Shown here: positions 40,931 to 52,324 of the stretch, piece by piece | Layout: each line of letters starts with the position of its first letter | Position numbering within the stretch: position 1 is the first letter of the stretch | From: Sphingomonadales bacterium | GTDB lineage: Bacteria; Pseudomonadota; Alphaproteobacteria; Sphingomonadales; Sphingomonadaceae | DNA length: 64,000 nucleotides | NCBI GenBank assembly: GCA_016704425.1 | Contig: JADJAC010000010.1 | Span: 27,694 to 91,693, forward strand | Reading direction: 5' to 3' | Program-made: the position numbers and the translations under genes | Notes under the pieces: generated by a model | The model's input: the letters and a program-made list of their open reading frames with translations, nothing else | Told to the model about the DNA's origin: nothing | Databases searched by the model: none

Positions 40931-41617
40931 ATGCCAACGCTTGTCCTTATCCGTCACGGCCAGTCGGCCTGGAATCTCGAAAACCGGTTCACCGGCTGGT
41001 GGGATGTCGATGTCACCGAAAAGGGCGCGGCCGAAGCGCGCGCGGCGGGCGTGCTGATGCGGGAAAAGGGCCTGGATTTCGACTGCACCTTCACCTCGCT
41101 TCAGACGCGCGCGATCAAGACGCTCAACCTCGCGCTTGAGGAAATGGGCCGCTTGTGGCTTCCGGTTGAAAAGGACTGGCGCCTGAACGAACGGCACTAT
41201 GGCGGACTGACTGGCCTCGACAAGGCCGAGACCGCGGCCAAGCACGGCGAGGACCAGGTCAAGGTCTGGCGCCGCAGCTTCGATGTGCCCCCTCCCCCGC
41301 TTGAACCTGGCAGCCCCTATGACCTGTCTTCGGATCGCCGTTATGCAGGAATCAAGGTCCCCGCCACCGAAAGCCTGAAGGACACAATTGCGCGCGTCCT
41401 GCCCTATTGGGAAGCGCGGATCGCGCCGGAACTCAGGTCGGGCAAGCGCGTCCTCATCTCGGCCCATGGCAATTCGCTCCGGGCACTTGTCAAGCACCTC
41501 TCGAACATTCCCGATGACGAGATTACCGGGCTCGAAATTCCGACCGGACAGCCGATCGTCTATGACCTTGCAGACGATCTGAGCGCCCGCGAGCGTTACT
41601 ATCTCTCCGAGCGCTGA
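40931..41617 (+). CDS. gpmA: 2,3-bisphosphoglycerate-dependent phosphoglycerate mutase
   Basis: [22 protein letters not shown]...[10 protein letters not shown]. Confidence 0.95.
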   Translation: MPTLVLIRHGQSAWNLENRFTGWWDVDVTEKGAAEARAAGVLMREKGLDFDCTFTSLQTRAIKTLNLALEEMGRLWLPVEKDWRLNERHYGGLTGLDKAETAAKHGEDQVKVWRRSFDVPPPPLEPGSPYDLSSDRRYAGIKVPATESLKDTIARVLPYWEARIAPELRSGKRVLISAHGNSLRALVKHLSNIPDDEITGLEIPTGQPIVYDLADDLSARERYYLSER

Positions 41618-42216
41618 GCGTACATTGCAGCGTCGGCCCGCGCGAGGACGGTTTCGACATCGTCCCCTGCACCAACCATGGCCAGCCCGATGGTCACGTT
41701 CACCCGCACGCGCGTCCCGCCGAGATCGACAGGCTCTGCGGCAACGGTCGATGCCAACAGGTCGGCCTTGGTCTGAGCTGATTCTTCGTCGAGATGATCG
41801 AGGATAAGCCCAAATTCGTCCCCGCCGATCCTCGCGACCATATCCCCAGCGCGCAGGCTGGCCTTCAAGACGCGTGCGACATGAAGCAGGACTGCGTCAC
41901 CCGCCTGATGGCCGTGACGGTCATTGATGGCCTTCAATCCATTCAAATCAACGTACAGAACAGCAGCGGGCGTCTTGTGACGGGCCGCTTGATGCAGGAC
42001 GCGCTCCAGATCGCGCAGAAATGCGCGCCGGTTCGGTAGCGGCAGCAAAGTGTCGGTGTCCGCAAGCCGTTCGAGTTCCTCCAGCCGTGCGCGCAGATTT
42101 TCAACCGTCGCCTTCAGACCGTCATTCTCATCAGCCAGTTGCCGAATGGCCTCGGTATCGAATTCCTTCAAAAGTACGTCCCCCAAAACGCTACTCAGCG
42201 ACTCTGTTGATATCAT
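41599..42216 (-). CDS. diguanylate cyclase (coiled-coil + GGDEF domain with I-site)
   Basis: RIGGDEFG active site, with RAGD (RxxD) exactly 5 residues upstream. N-terminal coiled coil. Confidence 0.88.
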   Translation of the reverse strand: MISTESLSSVLGDVLLKEFDTEAIRQLADENDGLKATVENLRARLEELERLADTDTLLPLPNRRAFLRDLERVLHQAARHKTPAAVLYVDLNGLKAINDRHGHQAGDAVLLHVARVLKASLRAGDMVARIGGDEFGLILDHLDEESAQTKADLLASTVAAEPVDLGGTRVRVNVTIGLAMVGAGDDVETVLARADAAMYAQRSER

Positions 42217-42245
42217 GAATGCCTAGCAGCATACCATATTGCCTT

Positions 42246-42261
42246 TGTGATCGCGATCACA
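42246..42261. promoter_or_regulatory. perfect CRP/FNR-type palindrome TGTGA-TCGCGA-TCACA
   Basis: 16-bp perfect palindrome, 30 nt upstream of the GGDEF ATG (42216) and 81 nt upstream of purE. Confidence 0.45.
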
Positions 42262-42341
42262 GCCCGCCTGCGTTGCGCTTGTCGAAAGTGGCGGTTAAAG
42301 ACCTTGAGCCTTGAGACGTGGCAACGGGGCATTCCATCATC

Positions 42342-42830
42342 ATGAGTGAAAGCAGGCCGCAAGTCGGCATCATCATGGGCAGCACGTCCGACTGGGAGAC
42401 GATGCGCCATGCCGCAGATGCGCTCGATGCCCTTGGAATTTCGCATGAAACCCGTGTGGTTTCAGCCCACCGCACGCCTGAGCGCCTCTATGACTATGCC
42501 AAGAGCGCTTCAGACCGCGGTCTGAAGGTCATTATCGCTGGTGCCGGCGGGGCTGCGCACTTGCCGGGAATGGCGGCATCCATGACGACCTTGCCGGTCC
42601 TCGGTGTACCCGTTGAATCCAAGGCGTTGAGCGGGATGGACAGCCTGCTGTCCATCGTCCAGATGCCCGGCGGCATTCCCGTGGGCACGCTGGCCATCGG
42701 CAAAGCCGGGGCGACCAATGCAGGCCTCCTCGCTGGCGCGATTCTCGCTCTATCCGATCCCTCGCTTGCTGAGCGGCTCAGCGCCTGGCGCGCCGAACAG
42801 ACGCGTTCCGTGGCGAATGATCCTGCATGA
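42342..42830 (+). CDS. purE: 5-(carboxyamino)imidazole ribonucleotide mutase
   Basis: [14 protein letters not shown]...VSAHRTP...[10 protein letters not shown]. Confidence 0.95.
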   Translation: MSESRPQVGIIMGSTSDWETMRHAADALDALGISHETRVVSAHRTPERLYDYAKSASDRGLKVIIAGAGGAAHLPGMAASMTTLPVLGVPVESKALSGMDSLLSIVQMPGGIPVGTLAIGKAGATNAGLLAGAILALSDPSLAERLSAWRAEQTRSVANDPA

Positions 42831-43894
42831 CGCCTGTTCCTCCCGGTTCAACCATTGGCATTATCGGCGGCGGCCAGCTCGGTCGGATGCTCAGCCTTGC
42901 GGCCGCACAGCTTGGCTATCGCTGCCACATCTATGCTCCAGAGGCGAGCGGTCCCGCCGCCGATGTCAGCGCGAAGTGGATCCAGGGTGACTATGGCGAC
43001 ACGGAACGCCTTCTGGAATTCGCAAGGGATGTCTCCGTCATCACATTCGAATTCGAGAATATCGACCCGATGCCTCTGCGGCCACTCGCAGAGTCAAAGC
43101 CGGTCTTTCCGCCGCTGAAGGCGCTGGAAATCGGGCAAGACCGTATTGCGGAAAAGAGTTTTGCGGCAGAGCTTGGCGGGCGGACGGCGCCCTGGGCGGC
43201 AGTCAACAGCCGCGACGAACTCGATGCCGCCATTGCTGCAATCGGCCTCCCGGCGATCCTGAAAACCGTGCGATTTGGATATGATGGCAAGGGGCAGGCC
43301 CGAATCAAGACCATTGCTGATGCCGATGCTGCCTGGACAGCGATTGGCGAGTGCCCGGCAATCCTTGAAGGCATGGTCCACTTCGATCACGAGTTTTCGC
43401 TGATCGTGGCGCGGGACCAGAAGGGCAGTGTTTCATTTTGGGACACTCCCGAAAACGTCCACAAGGATGGCATCCTCGCTACGTCAACAATTCCGGCGGC
43501 AGACATTGTGCGCCAGCAAGTCCCCGCTGCTCGGGCGCTTGCACGCCGGATTGCAGAGCGGTTTGATTATGTGGGCGTTTTCACGATTGAATTCTTTGCC
43601 AGCGCCGATGGACCGGTTTTCAACGAACTGGCACCCCGCGTTCACAATTCGGGCCACTGGACGATCGAGGGCGCTGCCACGTCTCAATTCGAGAATCATA
43701 TTCGGGCAATTCTTGGGCTGCCACTTGGCGCGACCCATTTGCGCGGCTCAATGATCGAGATGCGAAACTTGATCGGACATGATGCCGACAATTGGCTGGC
43801 GCTCGCGAGCGATCCCGGCGCGCATCTGCATCTTTACGGGAAGCATGAGGCGCGGCCGGGACGCAAAATGGGTCACATAACCCGTATCACTTAG
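42827..43894 (+). CDS. purK: 5-(carboxyamino)imidazole ribonucleotide synthase
   Basis: ATP-grasp protein: [13 protein letters not shown]...FENID...[12 protein letters not shown]...RKMGHIT. Confidence 0.94.
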   Translation: MTPVPPGSTIGIIGGGQLGRMLSLAAAQLGYRCHIYAPEASGPAADVSAKWIQGDYGDTERLLEFARDVSVITFEFENIDPMPLRPLAESKPVFPPLKALEIGQDRIAEKSFAAELGGRTAPWAAVNSRDELDAAIAAIGLPAILKTVRFGYDGKGQARIKTIADADAAWTAIGECPAILEGMVHFDHEFSLIVARDQKGSVSFWDTPENVHKDGILATSTIPAADIVRQQVPAARALARRIAERFDYVGVFTIEFFASADGPVFNELAPRVHNSGHWTIEGAATSQFENHIRAILGLPLGATHLRGSMIEMRNLIGHDADNWLALASDPGAHLHLYGKHEARPGRKMGHITRIT

Positions 43895-44190
43895 GACTGG
43901 CGCGTACCCGAAAGTGGCATCGAGCCGAACATGCCAGCCTTGACGCTGCCCGTGATGCTGTCGCCGTCAACCGTTGCGGTCCCCTCCAGCGTCATCGGCA
44001 TGGGTACTGTCATGTTCATTTTCCAGGTCAGGGTATTGCCGTCGACCTTGCCATCATAGACATCGAGCGAACCCTGAGCCCCGGCATTGGTCCCGGTCCA
44101 GCTATCACCGGAAACATTGACTGTCAGGACGGACTTCTGGTCGCCCATGGGAGTCTTTGTCACGCATTCATAGGAACCTGCAACGGACAT
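43891..44190 (-). CDS. hypothetical ~99-aa protein (predicted all-beta)
   Basis: MSVAGSYECVTKTPMGDQKSVLTVNVSGDSWTGT...VDGNTLTWKM...VDGDSITGSV. AAGGAG precedes the ATG pair at 44193/44190; the track start at 44220 is TTG. Last gene after the M16 peptidase. Confidence 0.55.
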   Translation of the reverse strand: MSVAGSYECVTKTPMGDQKSVLTVNVSGDSWTGTNAGAQGSLDVYDGKVDGNTLTWKMNMTVPMPMTLEGTATVDGDSITGSVKAGMFGSMPLSGTRQS

Positions 44191-44216
44191 CATCTTCTCC
44201 TTAATCTGCCGCGCGC

Positions 44217-47021
44217 TCAATTCGCTGCGGATAAAACCATCTCTTCAACAGGCAGGCCAAGGCCGTCAAGCTGGGGCCTCACCTTCTTGGCGTCGCCGAC
44301 AACCACCCAGACCAGCGCATTCGGATCGATGACGTTACGGAATTCGCGATCAAGGCCCGATGCCGTCATTGCGAGATATTTTTGCGGAAGGGTTTCATAG
44401 AAATTGTCCGGTCTTCCCAGAGAAATAATCCGCTGAACACTGCCAAGCACAGCGCCGGAGGTTTCGAAATTCCCGGGGAGTTCGCGAATGTTGCCATTGA
44501 CTGTCCGCTCGAGCTCGGCTGCAGTAATTCCGGACTTGTTGGAAAAGTCGCTCAATTGCTCCCGAAGCGCACGGATTGAATCACCGGTCCGATCGGCCTG
44601 TACAGGCGCTTGAACAAAAAAGGTGATCCGGTTCTCTTCGCCGCCGATGCCGCTGAACACACCATAAGACCAACCCTTGGTTTCGCGCAGGTCGGTGTTG
44701 ATGCGCGAGAGGAACGAGCCGCCGAATACCTCGTTTGCTGCACGGAGGCCGACCAGATCATCGCGGCCACTGCGATTCAGCACGACGCCTGCCGAGATGG
44801 TCGATTGGGGTGCATTGGGCCGGTCAACCAGCACGATTCGCGAACGGGGCGCCGGGATGGGAGCATTGAAGTCCTTCGCCGGCGGCACTTCACCCGCCAC
44901 GTGCCAGGTTCCAAAGCTCTTTTCAAGCAATGGAACGAGCGTTTTGAGCGTCGTATCCCCCACCACGAAGATTCTAGCCTTTTCCGGGCGCAGCCATCGA
45001 TCATGAAATGCCGAAAGCTGCGCAGGCGTCAGCGCCTTCACCACAGCCATATCCCCGCTGCCGCTGCCAGGAACGGCATAGGGATGCGCCTTGCCCCAAA
45101 GGAGCGTCGGCAAGACACGACTTGCAACAGCGCCCGGATCCTGAAGTTCCGCCTTGATCCCTGCGAGCTGCTGCGCGCGGACTCGATCCACCTCGGCTGG
45201 CGCGAAGGCGGGATTGCGAATGACATCGGCAAGAAGGTCGAGCGAAAGCCCCAGATTGGCGGATAGTGTCGAAATGCCAATGCTCGTGCGATCAAGGCTT
45301 GCACCCGAGGACATGTTCGCGCCCAGCCTTTCGCTTTCCTCGGCAAGCTGGCGCGAGTTGCGTGTCGTGGTGCCCTCACGCATGACTCTCAGCGTCAGCG
45401 CCTGTGTCCCGAGTGCATCCTTGGGATCGGCCGCGAACCCGGCATCGAACGATACATTCACCTGCACCGTCGGGACAGCCATACGGCGCGCGAAATATAC
45501 CTCGATGCCGTTGCTGAGTTTCGCTCGCTCTATCGCAGGAAAGGTCAGCGCCGAAAACGATCCGACCGGAGGAAGCTTGGACGGATCAAGCGCTATGGCT
45601 TCTTCCGGTGCCGATGGCGGATTCACCTGAGCAGCTTCCTCATAAGCCGGACGTTCGCCCGGTTCCACAGTCAGAGCGAAGACTGGCCGTGACAGCCATT
45701 TCTGCATCGCCGCGCGCACCTTGGCCGGCGTTGCACGTGCATATTCGACCAGTTCCTTCCGGTATTGGTCGGGGTCATTCGAATAAAGTGCACCTTCGGC
45801 AAGAGCCACAGCCTTCCCGCCAAAGCCCCCGACCGATTCCAGTCCGGCAATCTTGGACGCCACTGTCCGCGTCGCCACGCGCTGGACCTCATCCGCATTC
45901 GGACCTTTGGTCATCAGCTCGCCAAGAAGGGCATCGAGCCGCTTGTTGACCTGAGCGACATCGGTGCCGGGACGGACATCGGCGGTGATTTCGGCAATGC
46001 TTATCTGTGCAAAGATCTGCAGGCTTGCCGTGACGCCCACGGCAAGCTTTTCATTGCGGACGAGTGCATTATCGAGCCGGGAACTGGCAAGGCCGCCAAG
46101 GACAGCCATGCCGACCGAAAGCGGCACTGTGTCTGGATTGTTGAGGCCGGGGGCCACCCACCAGCGATAGAGCCGGGTCGTTGCCACCTGATCCTTCATG
46201 ACTTCAAATTTTGGCGCTGCTAGCGTCGGAATGGGAACCGCAATCGGCGCCTGCTTTGGTCCCGCCGGGAAACTCCCGAACCGCTTTTCAACCAAGGCTT
46301 TAGCCGTCGGCACATCGACGTCCCCCGCAAGCACCAATACGGCATTGTTGGGGCCATAATGTTGGCGGAACCAGTTTTTCACATCCTCGAGGCTCGCTGC
46401 ATCGAGATCCGCCATCGAGCCGATCGCCGAGTGGCCATAGGGATGATCCGGCGGAAACAGCCCCGCAATCTGGGCATATTCGGTAAGGCCATATGGCTGG
46501 GTATCGCCTTGACGCTTCTCGTTCTGGACAACGGCGCGCTGGTTGTCGAGCTTTGCCTGCGTGATCCCGCCAAGCAGGCGACCCATCCGGTCTGCTTCCA
46601 TGAACAATGCGCGATCAAGCGCAGCGGTCGGGACCGTCTCGAAATAATTGGTGCGATCGAACCAGGTCGTCCCGTTGACGTCAGTCGCGCCGATCTGCTG
46701 GAGCGGCTCAAAGAAGCCTCCGGGAATATTCTCCGAGCCATTGAACATCAGATGTTCGAACAAGTGGGCGAATCCGGTCTTGCCCTTGGGCTCATGCTTT
46801 GAGCCGACATCATACCAGACCGAAATTGCAACGACCGGCGCCTTGCGGTCGGTATGCACGATCACGCGCAAGCCGTTTGCAAGCGTGAACTGGGTATAAG
46901 GTATATTGACGGCCTTCACGAGCGCCGAAACAGGCGCAGGCTTTGCCGTCGTGGCCTGGACAGGCTGGACACAAAAGGCAGCGAGCGACAATAGCGCTGC
47001 AAAGGCCAGACTTTTACGCAT
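44217..47021 (-). CDS. secreted M16 (pitrilysin/insulinase) family zinc peptidase, double-length
   Basis: Signal peptide, HLFEHLMF (HxxEH), 934 aa with four M16 half-domains. Confidence 0.9.
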   Translation of the reverse strand: MRKSLAFAALLSLAAFCVQPVQATTAKPAPVSALVKAVNIPYTQFTLANGLRVIVHTDRKAPVVAISVWYDVGSKHEPKGKTGFAHLFEHLMFNGSENIPGGFFEPLQQIGATDVNGTTWFDRTNYFETVPTAALDRALFMEADRMGRLLGGITQAKLDNQRAVVQNEKRQGDTQPYGLTEYAQIAGLFPPDHPYGHSAIGSMADLDAASLEDVKNWFRQHYGPNNAVLVLAGDVDVPTAKALVEKRFGSFPAGPKQAPIAVPIPTLAAPKFEVMKDQVATTRLYRWWVAPGLNNPDTVPLSVGMAVLGGLASSRLDNALVRNEKLAVGVTASLQIFAQISIAEITADVRPGTDVAQVNKRLDALLGELMTKGPNADEVQRVATRTVASKIAGLESVGGFGGKAVALAEGALYSNDPDQYRKELVEYARATPAKVRAAMQKWLSRPVFALTVEPGERPAYEEAAQVNPPSAPEEAIALDPSKLPPVGSFSALTFPAIERAKLSNGIEVYFARRMAVPTVQVNVSFDAGFAADPKDALGTQALTLRVMREGTTTRNSRQLAEESERLGANMSSGASLDRTSIGISTLSANLGLSLDLLADVIRNPAFAPAEVDRVRAQQLAGIKAELQDPGAVASRVLPTLLWGKAHPYAVPGSGSGDMAVVKALTPAQLSAFHDRWLRPEKARIFVVGDTTLKTLVPLLEKSFGTWHVAGEVPPAKDFNAPIPAPRSRIVLVDRPNAPQSTISAGVVLNRSGRDDLVGLRAANEVFGGSFLSRINTDLRETKGWSYGVFSGIGGEENRITFFVQAPVQADRTGDSIRALREQLSDFSNKSGITAAELERTVNGNIRELPGNFETSGAVLGSVQRIISLGRPDNFYETLPQKYLAMTASGLDREFRNVIDPNALVWVVVGDAKKVRPQLDGLGLPVEEMVLSAAN

Positions 47022-47040
47022 CGTAGTTCCTCTTACTGTG

Positions 47041-49155
47041 TCAGTTTACGCGATAGGCGCGGCGAGCATGCTGTGCCAGATCGCTGGCTTCAAAATGCAC
47101 GGGTTTGAAGCGGTGTTCGACAAACAGCTTCATTTGATCGGTATAATGAGGAGAATCGGGCCGATTGGTCGCAGCGCCATAGGGCTGGATCGATTGCGAG
47201 GTCACTCGACCGGCCTTGTCCCAGTTGATAAGCATGACGAAGCTGTCTCCATGTTTCACGCGCATGCGGCCGTCTGGCTGGGGGTCCCAGCTGGTGGCGG
47301 CCCTGAGCGTATCGGTGCCGCCATTGGCCGGCAGGTCAACCTTGCCCCGGATCATGCGCTGAAGATCGGAAAGGGGTGGGTCGATCCGGCCAAAGCCCTT
47401 CATCAGCTTGTCGACCACTTCGCGCAGCTTGGCATGGGCGTCGGGCAAGGGATCGCCATGATAGGCGGCAGAATTCGCCATGTGCATCATCGCTTCGCCC
47501 AGTGCATCTGCAGGCGCATTCCCGTCGCTGTTCCAGTCCCATTGCACAAGCAGCGCCTGCGCCTTGGCAAGATCGGGCTCGGCCTTGAGATCGAGTGCAA
47601 GGACCTTGTCCATCCAGCGTCCGGCAAAGCTGGCGCGACTGTACGCCGTATCGAACTTGATCTGGAGCAGCCGGTCCGGCGTGATTGGCCCTTTTTCTGC
47701 CGTCAGCAGTTCCAGCGCACGATAAATCCGGTTGGTCGTGCGCTGTTCGATACCGAGGAGAGGAGAAAAGTCGGCCGGGTTCAACTCCGACCCCGGGCCT
47801 GCTGCCATGAAGGGCGTGTTATTGGAGTTGACGAGAAATCCGCTTTCCGGGTTCATGATCTTCGGCATGCGATCAAATCCGAGCGCACCCTGCCACAGGC
47901 TTGCCGAAGTATCACCGGGCAGGACACCGGTATAGTCGAAGCCCGGCTTCCGATCCGGGAAAAGCGCATTGTAGACATAGGCAATGCGTCCGGTCTTGTC
48001 CGCATAGATGAAATTGGTTGCCGGAATACCGCCGATCGACATGGCCCTTGTCCATTCGTCCCAGTTCCGGGCCTTGGTGATCCGGTAGTATTGTTCGAGG
48101 TTGCGCGCCTGGTCGATGGCTGCATAACGGATGGCAAAGGCACCATTCCGGTTGACGATCACGGGTCCCTGAACTGCATGATACACCGCCTTGGGCACAG
48201 GCAGAGTGAAGGGCCCGATCCGGACAGGCAGCCAGACCCAGGTCTTTGCGAGCGGCAGCCACTTCCCGTCAAAGCGATATCGGGTGCCCTCCTCATTGAG
48301 GGTGAGCTTGTAGACGTCGATCAGGTCAGGGCCGTTGACGGTGTTCGTCCAGCCCAGATTGCTGTTGTGGCCAAGCAGGATGAACGGCGAGCCCGGAAAC
48401 AATGCCCCGGCCATGTGCAGGCCTTGGCCCGATTGCATCGCAGCTTCATACCAGGCGACGCCTCCTTCATAGGGCTGATGCGAATTTGAAATCAGCCAGG
48501 TCTTTCCGTCTGACATACGCCGGGGAGAGACGGCAAAGGCGTTCGATCCGTTCATGGCCGGATCGCGGCCAGCCGGCGTCATCCGCGCGGCTGTCCCGCG
48601 CGGCGGATCCTTGTCATCGGAGAGTTTGCCGATGGTATCATCCAGTCCGAAAAAGAAGGGCGATCGCAGGATGAAGCCCGCAGCAATGTCTTCCCCGTTC
48701 ACCGGAAACAGATGCCGCAGCCGCACTTCATCGGGATGCGTTTCGGCATAGCGATTGAGGCCTGACGCATAGCCATCGAGGACTGCACGGACATCGGCCG
48801 GTATCTTCGGATATTCCCGGGTCGCTGTTTCACGCACGCGGAGCAAGTGAAGGACATAATCGATCTTTGCGCCATCCTGCCCGAGGAGAACCCCGGCCCG
48901 CCCGCGCGTCATCGCAACGACTTCTTCGATCGTCGGGAAATCGTCCTCGGCATGCGCATAGGCCAGACCATAGGAGGCATCGGCATCAGTCTTGCCGAAA
49001 ATGTGCGGCACGCCGAATTCGTCCCGCACAATCCGGGCATCATATTTTCGCGCGGGCGGTGCGCCAAATTGCGTTGCCGTGACGGGTTCCCAAAACAACG
49101 AAGCAACCAAAAGAAGGGCGATCACGCCCAAAAGCCCCTTGCCAATACGCCGCAT
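47041..49155 (-). CDS. penicillin/AHL-acylase family Ntn-hydrolase (S45)
   Basis: [25 protein letters not shown]...[10 protein letters not shown] (Ser nucleophile after the spacer)...[11 protein letters not shown] at 49155 with a TM/signal segment. Confidence 0.85.
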   Translation of the reverse strand: MRRIGKGLLGVIALLLVASLFWEPVTATQFGAPPARKYDARIVRDEFGVPHIFGKTDADASYGLAYAHAEDDFPTIEEVVAMTRGRAGVLLGQDGAKIDYVLHLLRVRETATREYPKIPADVRAVLDGYASGLNRYAETHPDEVRLRHLFPVNGEDIAAGFILRSPFFFGLDDTIGKLSDDKDPPRGTAARMTPAGRDPAMNGSNAFAVSPRRMSDGKTWLISNSHQPYEGGVAWYEAAMQSGQGLHMAGALFPGSPFILLGHNSNLGWTNTVNGPDLIDVYKLTLNEEGTRYRFDGKWLPLAKTWVWLPVRIGPFTLPVPKAVYHAVQGPVIVNRNGAFAIRYAAIDQARNLEQYYRITKARNWDEWTRAMSIGGIPATNFIYADKTGRIAYVYNALFPDRKPGFDYTGVLPGDTSASLWQGALGFDRMPKIMNPESGFLVNSNNTPFMAAGPGSELNPADFSPLLGIEQRTTNRIYRALELLTAEKGPITPDRLLQIKFDTAYSRASFAGRWMDKVLALDLKAEPDLAKAQALLVQWDWNSDGNAPADALGEAMMHMANSAAYHGDPLPDAHAKLREVVDKLMKGFGRIDPPLSDLQRMIRGKVDLPANGGTDTLRAATSWDPQPDGRMRVKHGDSFVMLINWDKAGRVTSQSIQPYGAATNRPDSPHYTDQMKLFVEHRFKPVHFEASDLAQHARRAYRVN

Positions 49156-49288
49156 TCCAGACTCCCGAACCTTTGCCGGCGGGAGATCAGCCGAACCACG
49201 CTTCAATTGCAAGGCTTTCGAATGCGGGCTGTATCAAGCTGCTGATCAAAGTGCGGTCTGACGCAGCTAAGGGAAAATACCGATCGCC

Positions 49289-49316
49289 CTTGTGTGGCAA
49301 AACAGCAACACTACAT
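49289..49316 (+). promoter_or_regulatory. possible sigma-32 (RpoH)-type promoter of clpB
   Basis: CTTG-N17-ACTACAT versus the alphaproteobacterial CTTG-N17-CYTATNT consensus as I recall it. Lies ~28 nt before the clpB ATG, upstream of AAAGGAGG. Confidence 0.3.
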
Positions 49317-49343
49317 TCCATCCCAAAGGAGGCTGCCGCCACT

Positions 49344-51917
49344 ATGAACCTCGAAAAATTCTCAGACCGGGCCAAGGGATTCCTGCAATCGGCCCAGACC
49401 GTTGCGATCCGCATGAATCACCAGCGCATTTCGCCCGAACATCTTCTGAAGGCGCTGCTTGAAGACGAACAGGGCATGGCGTCCGGCCTAATCAAGGCCG
49501 CTGGCGGCGATGCTGCGATTGCAACCCGCGAAACCGATGCAGCGCTTGCCAAGGTCCCCGCAGTTTCGGGCAGTGGTGCGCAGCAGGCGCCCGGCCTCGA
49601 CAACGACCTTGTTCGCGTGCTTGATCAGGCCGAACAGGTCGCCCAGAAATCGGGTGACAGCTATGTGACGGTCGAGCGAATGCTTCTGGCACTGACACTG
49701 GCATCGACGACGACTGCGGGCAAGGCACTCGCGGCAGCGGGCCTGAAGGCGGAAGCGCTCAATTCCGCAATCAACAGCCTGCGCGGCGGACGCACGGCAG
49801 ATACAGCATCGGCTGAAGACCGGTACGACGCGCTGAAGAAATTCGCGCGCGACCTGACGGAGGCAGCCCGCGAAGGCAAGCTCGATCCCGTCATCGGGCG
49901 TGACGAGGAAATCCGGCGTACGATCCAGATTCTTGCACGCCGGACCAAGAACAACCCTGTCCTCATCGGCGAACCCGGGGTCGGCAAGACAGCGATTGCC
50001 GAAGGCCTCGCGCTGCGCATTGCCAATGGCGACGTGCCGGACACGCTCAAGGACCGCGCGCTCATGTCGCTCGACATGGGCAGTCTGATCGCAGGCGCAA
50101 AATATCGTGGCGAATTTGAAGAGCGGCTGAAAGGCGTGCTCGACGAAGTGAAGGGCGCCGAGGGGCACATCATTCTGTTCATTGACGAAATGCACACGCT
50201 GATCGGCGCGGGGAAATCCGAAGGCGCAATGGACGCCGGCAATCTGCTCAAGCCTGCGCTCGCCCGCGGCGAACTCCACTGCATCGGTGCAACGACCCTC
50301 GACGAATACCAGAAGCATGTCGAAAAGGATGCCGCACTTCAGCGCCGCTTCCAGCCCGTCTTTGTGGGCGAGCCGACTGTTGAGGACACCATCTCGATCC
50401 TGCGTGGCCTGAAGGAAAAATATGAGCTGCACCACGGCGTGCGGATCACCGATGGCGCGCTCGTCTCTGCAGCGACACTTTCGAACCGCTATATTTCCGA
50501 CCGCTTCCTGCCAGACAAGGCCATTGACCTCATGGATGAGGCCGCCTCGCGCTTGCGCATGGAGGTTGAATCCAAGCCGGAGGAAATCGAGACACTCGAT
50601 CGCCGGATCATCCAGCTGAAGATCGAGCGTGAAGCCCTGAAGAAGGAAACCGATCAGGCATCCAAGGACCGGCTCGATGCGCTTGAGGAAGATCTCATCA
50701 GCCTCGAGGAGCAATCGGCTGAACTGACGACGCGCTGGCAAGGCGAAAAGGAAAAGATCGCGGGTGAGGCCAAGCTCAAGGAAGCACTTGATCACGCACG
50801 CATGGAGCTTGATCAGGCCCAGCGCGCCGGCGATCTGGCCAAGGCGGGAGAGCTTCAGTACGGGCGGATTCCCGATCTCGAGAAGAAGCTGTCCGAAGCG
50901 GCCGCCGAAGCCGGCGGTGCAATGCTGCGCGAGGAAGTGACGGCCGAAGACATTGCCGGTGTCGTCTCGCGCTGGACCGGGATTCCCGTCGACCGCATGC
51001 TGGAGGGCGAACGCGAAAAGCTACTCCAGATGGAAAGCGTGATCGGCAACCGCGTTATCGGGCAGGCCGATGCCGTCAAGGCTGTCTCGACAGCTGTCCG
51101 CCGTGCGCGGGCAGGCTTGCAGGATCCGAACCGACCGCTGGGCAGTTTCCTGTTCCTCGGCCCCACGGGCGTCGGCAAGACCGAGCTGACCAAGGCACTC
51201 GCCGGCTTCCTGTTCGATGACGAAGCGGCCATGGTGCGTATCGACATGTCCGAATTCATGGAGAAGCATTCGGTGGCCCGCCTCATCGGCGCGCCTCCGG
51301 GCTATGTCGGCTATGAAGAAGGCGGTGTGCTGACCGAGGCCGTGCGCAGGCGCCCCTATCAGGTCGTGCTGTTCGATGAAGTCGAGAAGGCCCATGGCGA
51401 TGTCTTCAACGTGCTGCTGCAAGTGCTCGACGACGGCCGCCTGACCGATGGGCAGGGTCGCACGGTCGACTTCACCAACACGCTCATCATCCTGACTTCA
51501 AACCTGGGCAGCCAGTATATTGCAGGCCTCGCTGAGGGTGAGGATGTCGAAAAGGTCGAACCGCAAGTGATGGAAGTGGTCCGTGGACATTTCCGGCCCG
51601 AGTTCCTCAACCGGCTGGACGAGATCATTCTCTTCCACCGCCTCGGCCAGGAGCATATGGGGCCGATCGTCGATATCCAGGTTTCCCGCGTGGCCAAGCT
51701 GCTCGCCGACCGCAAGGTGACGCTTGAGCTGACCGATGCGGCACGCGCCTGGCTGGGACGGGTTGGCTATGACCCTGTCTATGGCGCGCGGCCTCTGAAG
51801 CGGGCCGTGCAGAAATATCTGCAGGACCCGCTCGCCGAAAAGATCCTGCGCGGCGAAGTGCCGGACGGATCAGCCGTGCATGTCGACGAAGGCGATGGAG
51901 GTCTGGTCTTCAGGTAG
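49344..51917 (+). CDS. clpB: ATP-dependent disaggregase ClpB
   Basis: [18 protein letters not shown]..., two AAA+ modules and a long coiled-coil M-domain. ATG at 49344; the track ORF starts earlier at 49173. Confidence 0.96.
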   Translation: MNLEKFSDRAKGFLQSAQTVAIRMNHQRISPEHLLKALLEDEQGMASGLIKAAGGDAAIATRETDAALAKVPAVSGSGAQQAPGLDNDLVRVLDQAEQVAQKSGDSYVTVERMLLALTLASTTTAGKALAAAGLKAEALNSAINSLRGGRTADTASAEDRYDALKKFARDLTEAAREGKLDPVIGRDEEIRRTIQILARRTKNNPVLIGEPGVGKTAIAEGLALRIANGDVPDTLKDRALMSLDMGSLIAGAKYRGEFEERLKGVLDEVKGAEGHIILFIDEMHTLIGAGKSEGAMDAGNLLKPALARGELHCIGATTLDEYQKHVEKDAALQRRFQPVFVGEPTVEDTISILRGLKEKYELHHGVRITDGALVSAATLSNRYISDRFLPDKAIDLMDEAASRLRMEVESKPEEIETLDRRIIQLKIEREALKKETDQASKDRLDALEEDLISLEEQSAELTTRWQGEKEKIAGEAKLKEALDHARMELDQAQRAGDLAKAGELQYGRIPDLEKKLSEAAAEAGGAMLREEVTAEDIAGVVSRWTGIPVDRMLEGEREKLLQMESVIGNRVIGQADAVKAVSTAVRRARAGLQDPNRPLGSFLFLGPTGVGKTELTKALAGFLFDDEAAMVRIDMSEFMEKHSVARLIGAPPGYVGYEEGGVLTEAVRRRPYQVVLFDEVEKAHGDVFNVLLQVLDDGRLTDGQGRTVDFTNTLIILTSNLGSQYIAGLAEGEDVEKVEPQVMEVVRGHFRPEFLNRLDEIILFHRLGQEHMGPIVDIQVSRVAKLLADRKVTLELTDAARAWLGRVGYDPVYGARPLKRAVQKYLQDPLAEKILRGEVPDGSAVHVDEGDGGLVFR

Positions 51918-51933
51918 AGCCTCCGCGCCCAGC

Positions 51934-52314
51934 CTATTTCGGCGCGGTCTGCCGGGCATAATCCTCAGCGTCGAACCAGCCGCGCGAAAGCGTGATCAGG
52001 CCGCTCGCATCAAGGTCCCATTCCTCCCAACCGGTAACGCGCACGGCGTTGCCGGCTGCGACGTGGGTCCCGGTAAAGGTCCACATATAGACCAGATGAT
52101 CGCCTGCACGCCTTGCTCCATCGCACCTGAGCGACAGGTCGGGTATATCGGCAAAGAAGCCGGCAGCCATTTGCGCGACGCCCGCCCGCCCCTGCCAGGG
52201 GCTGCCCTTGTTGATGATGATGGCACCGTCCGCCGCGAAGAACGCCGCAACCGCGTCGGGATTTCCCGTGTTCCAGGCGTCCGTGTAGGCCGCCGCAAGC
52301 GCGTCTGCTGTCAT
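51934..52314 (-). CDS. SnoaL/NTF2-like family protein
   Basis: 126 aa: YTDAWNTGNPDAVAAFFAADG..., an NTF2-fold pattern. Confidence 0.7.
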   Translation of the reverse strand: MTADALAAAYTDAWNTGNPDAVAAFFAADGAIIINKGSPWQGRAGVAQMAAGFFADIPDLSLRCDGARRAGDHLVYMWTFTGTHVAAGNAVRVTGWEEWDLDASGLITLSRGWFDAEDYARQTAPK

Positions 52315-52324
52315 GGCGTCAGCC

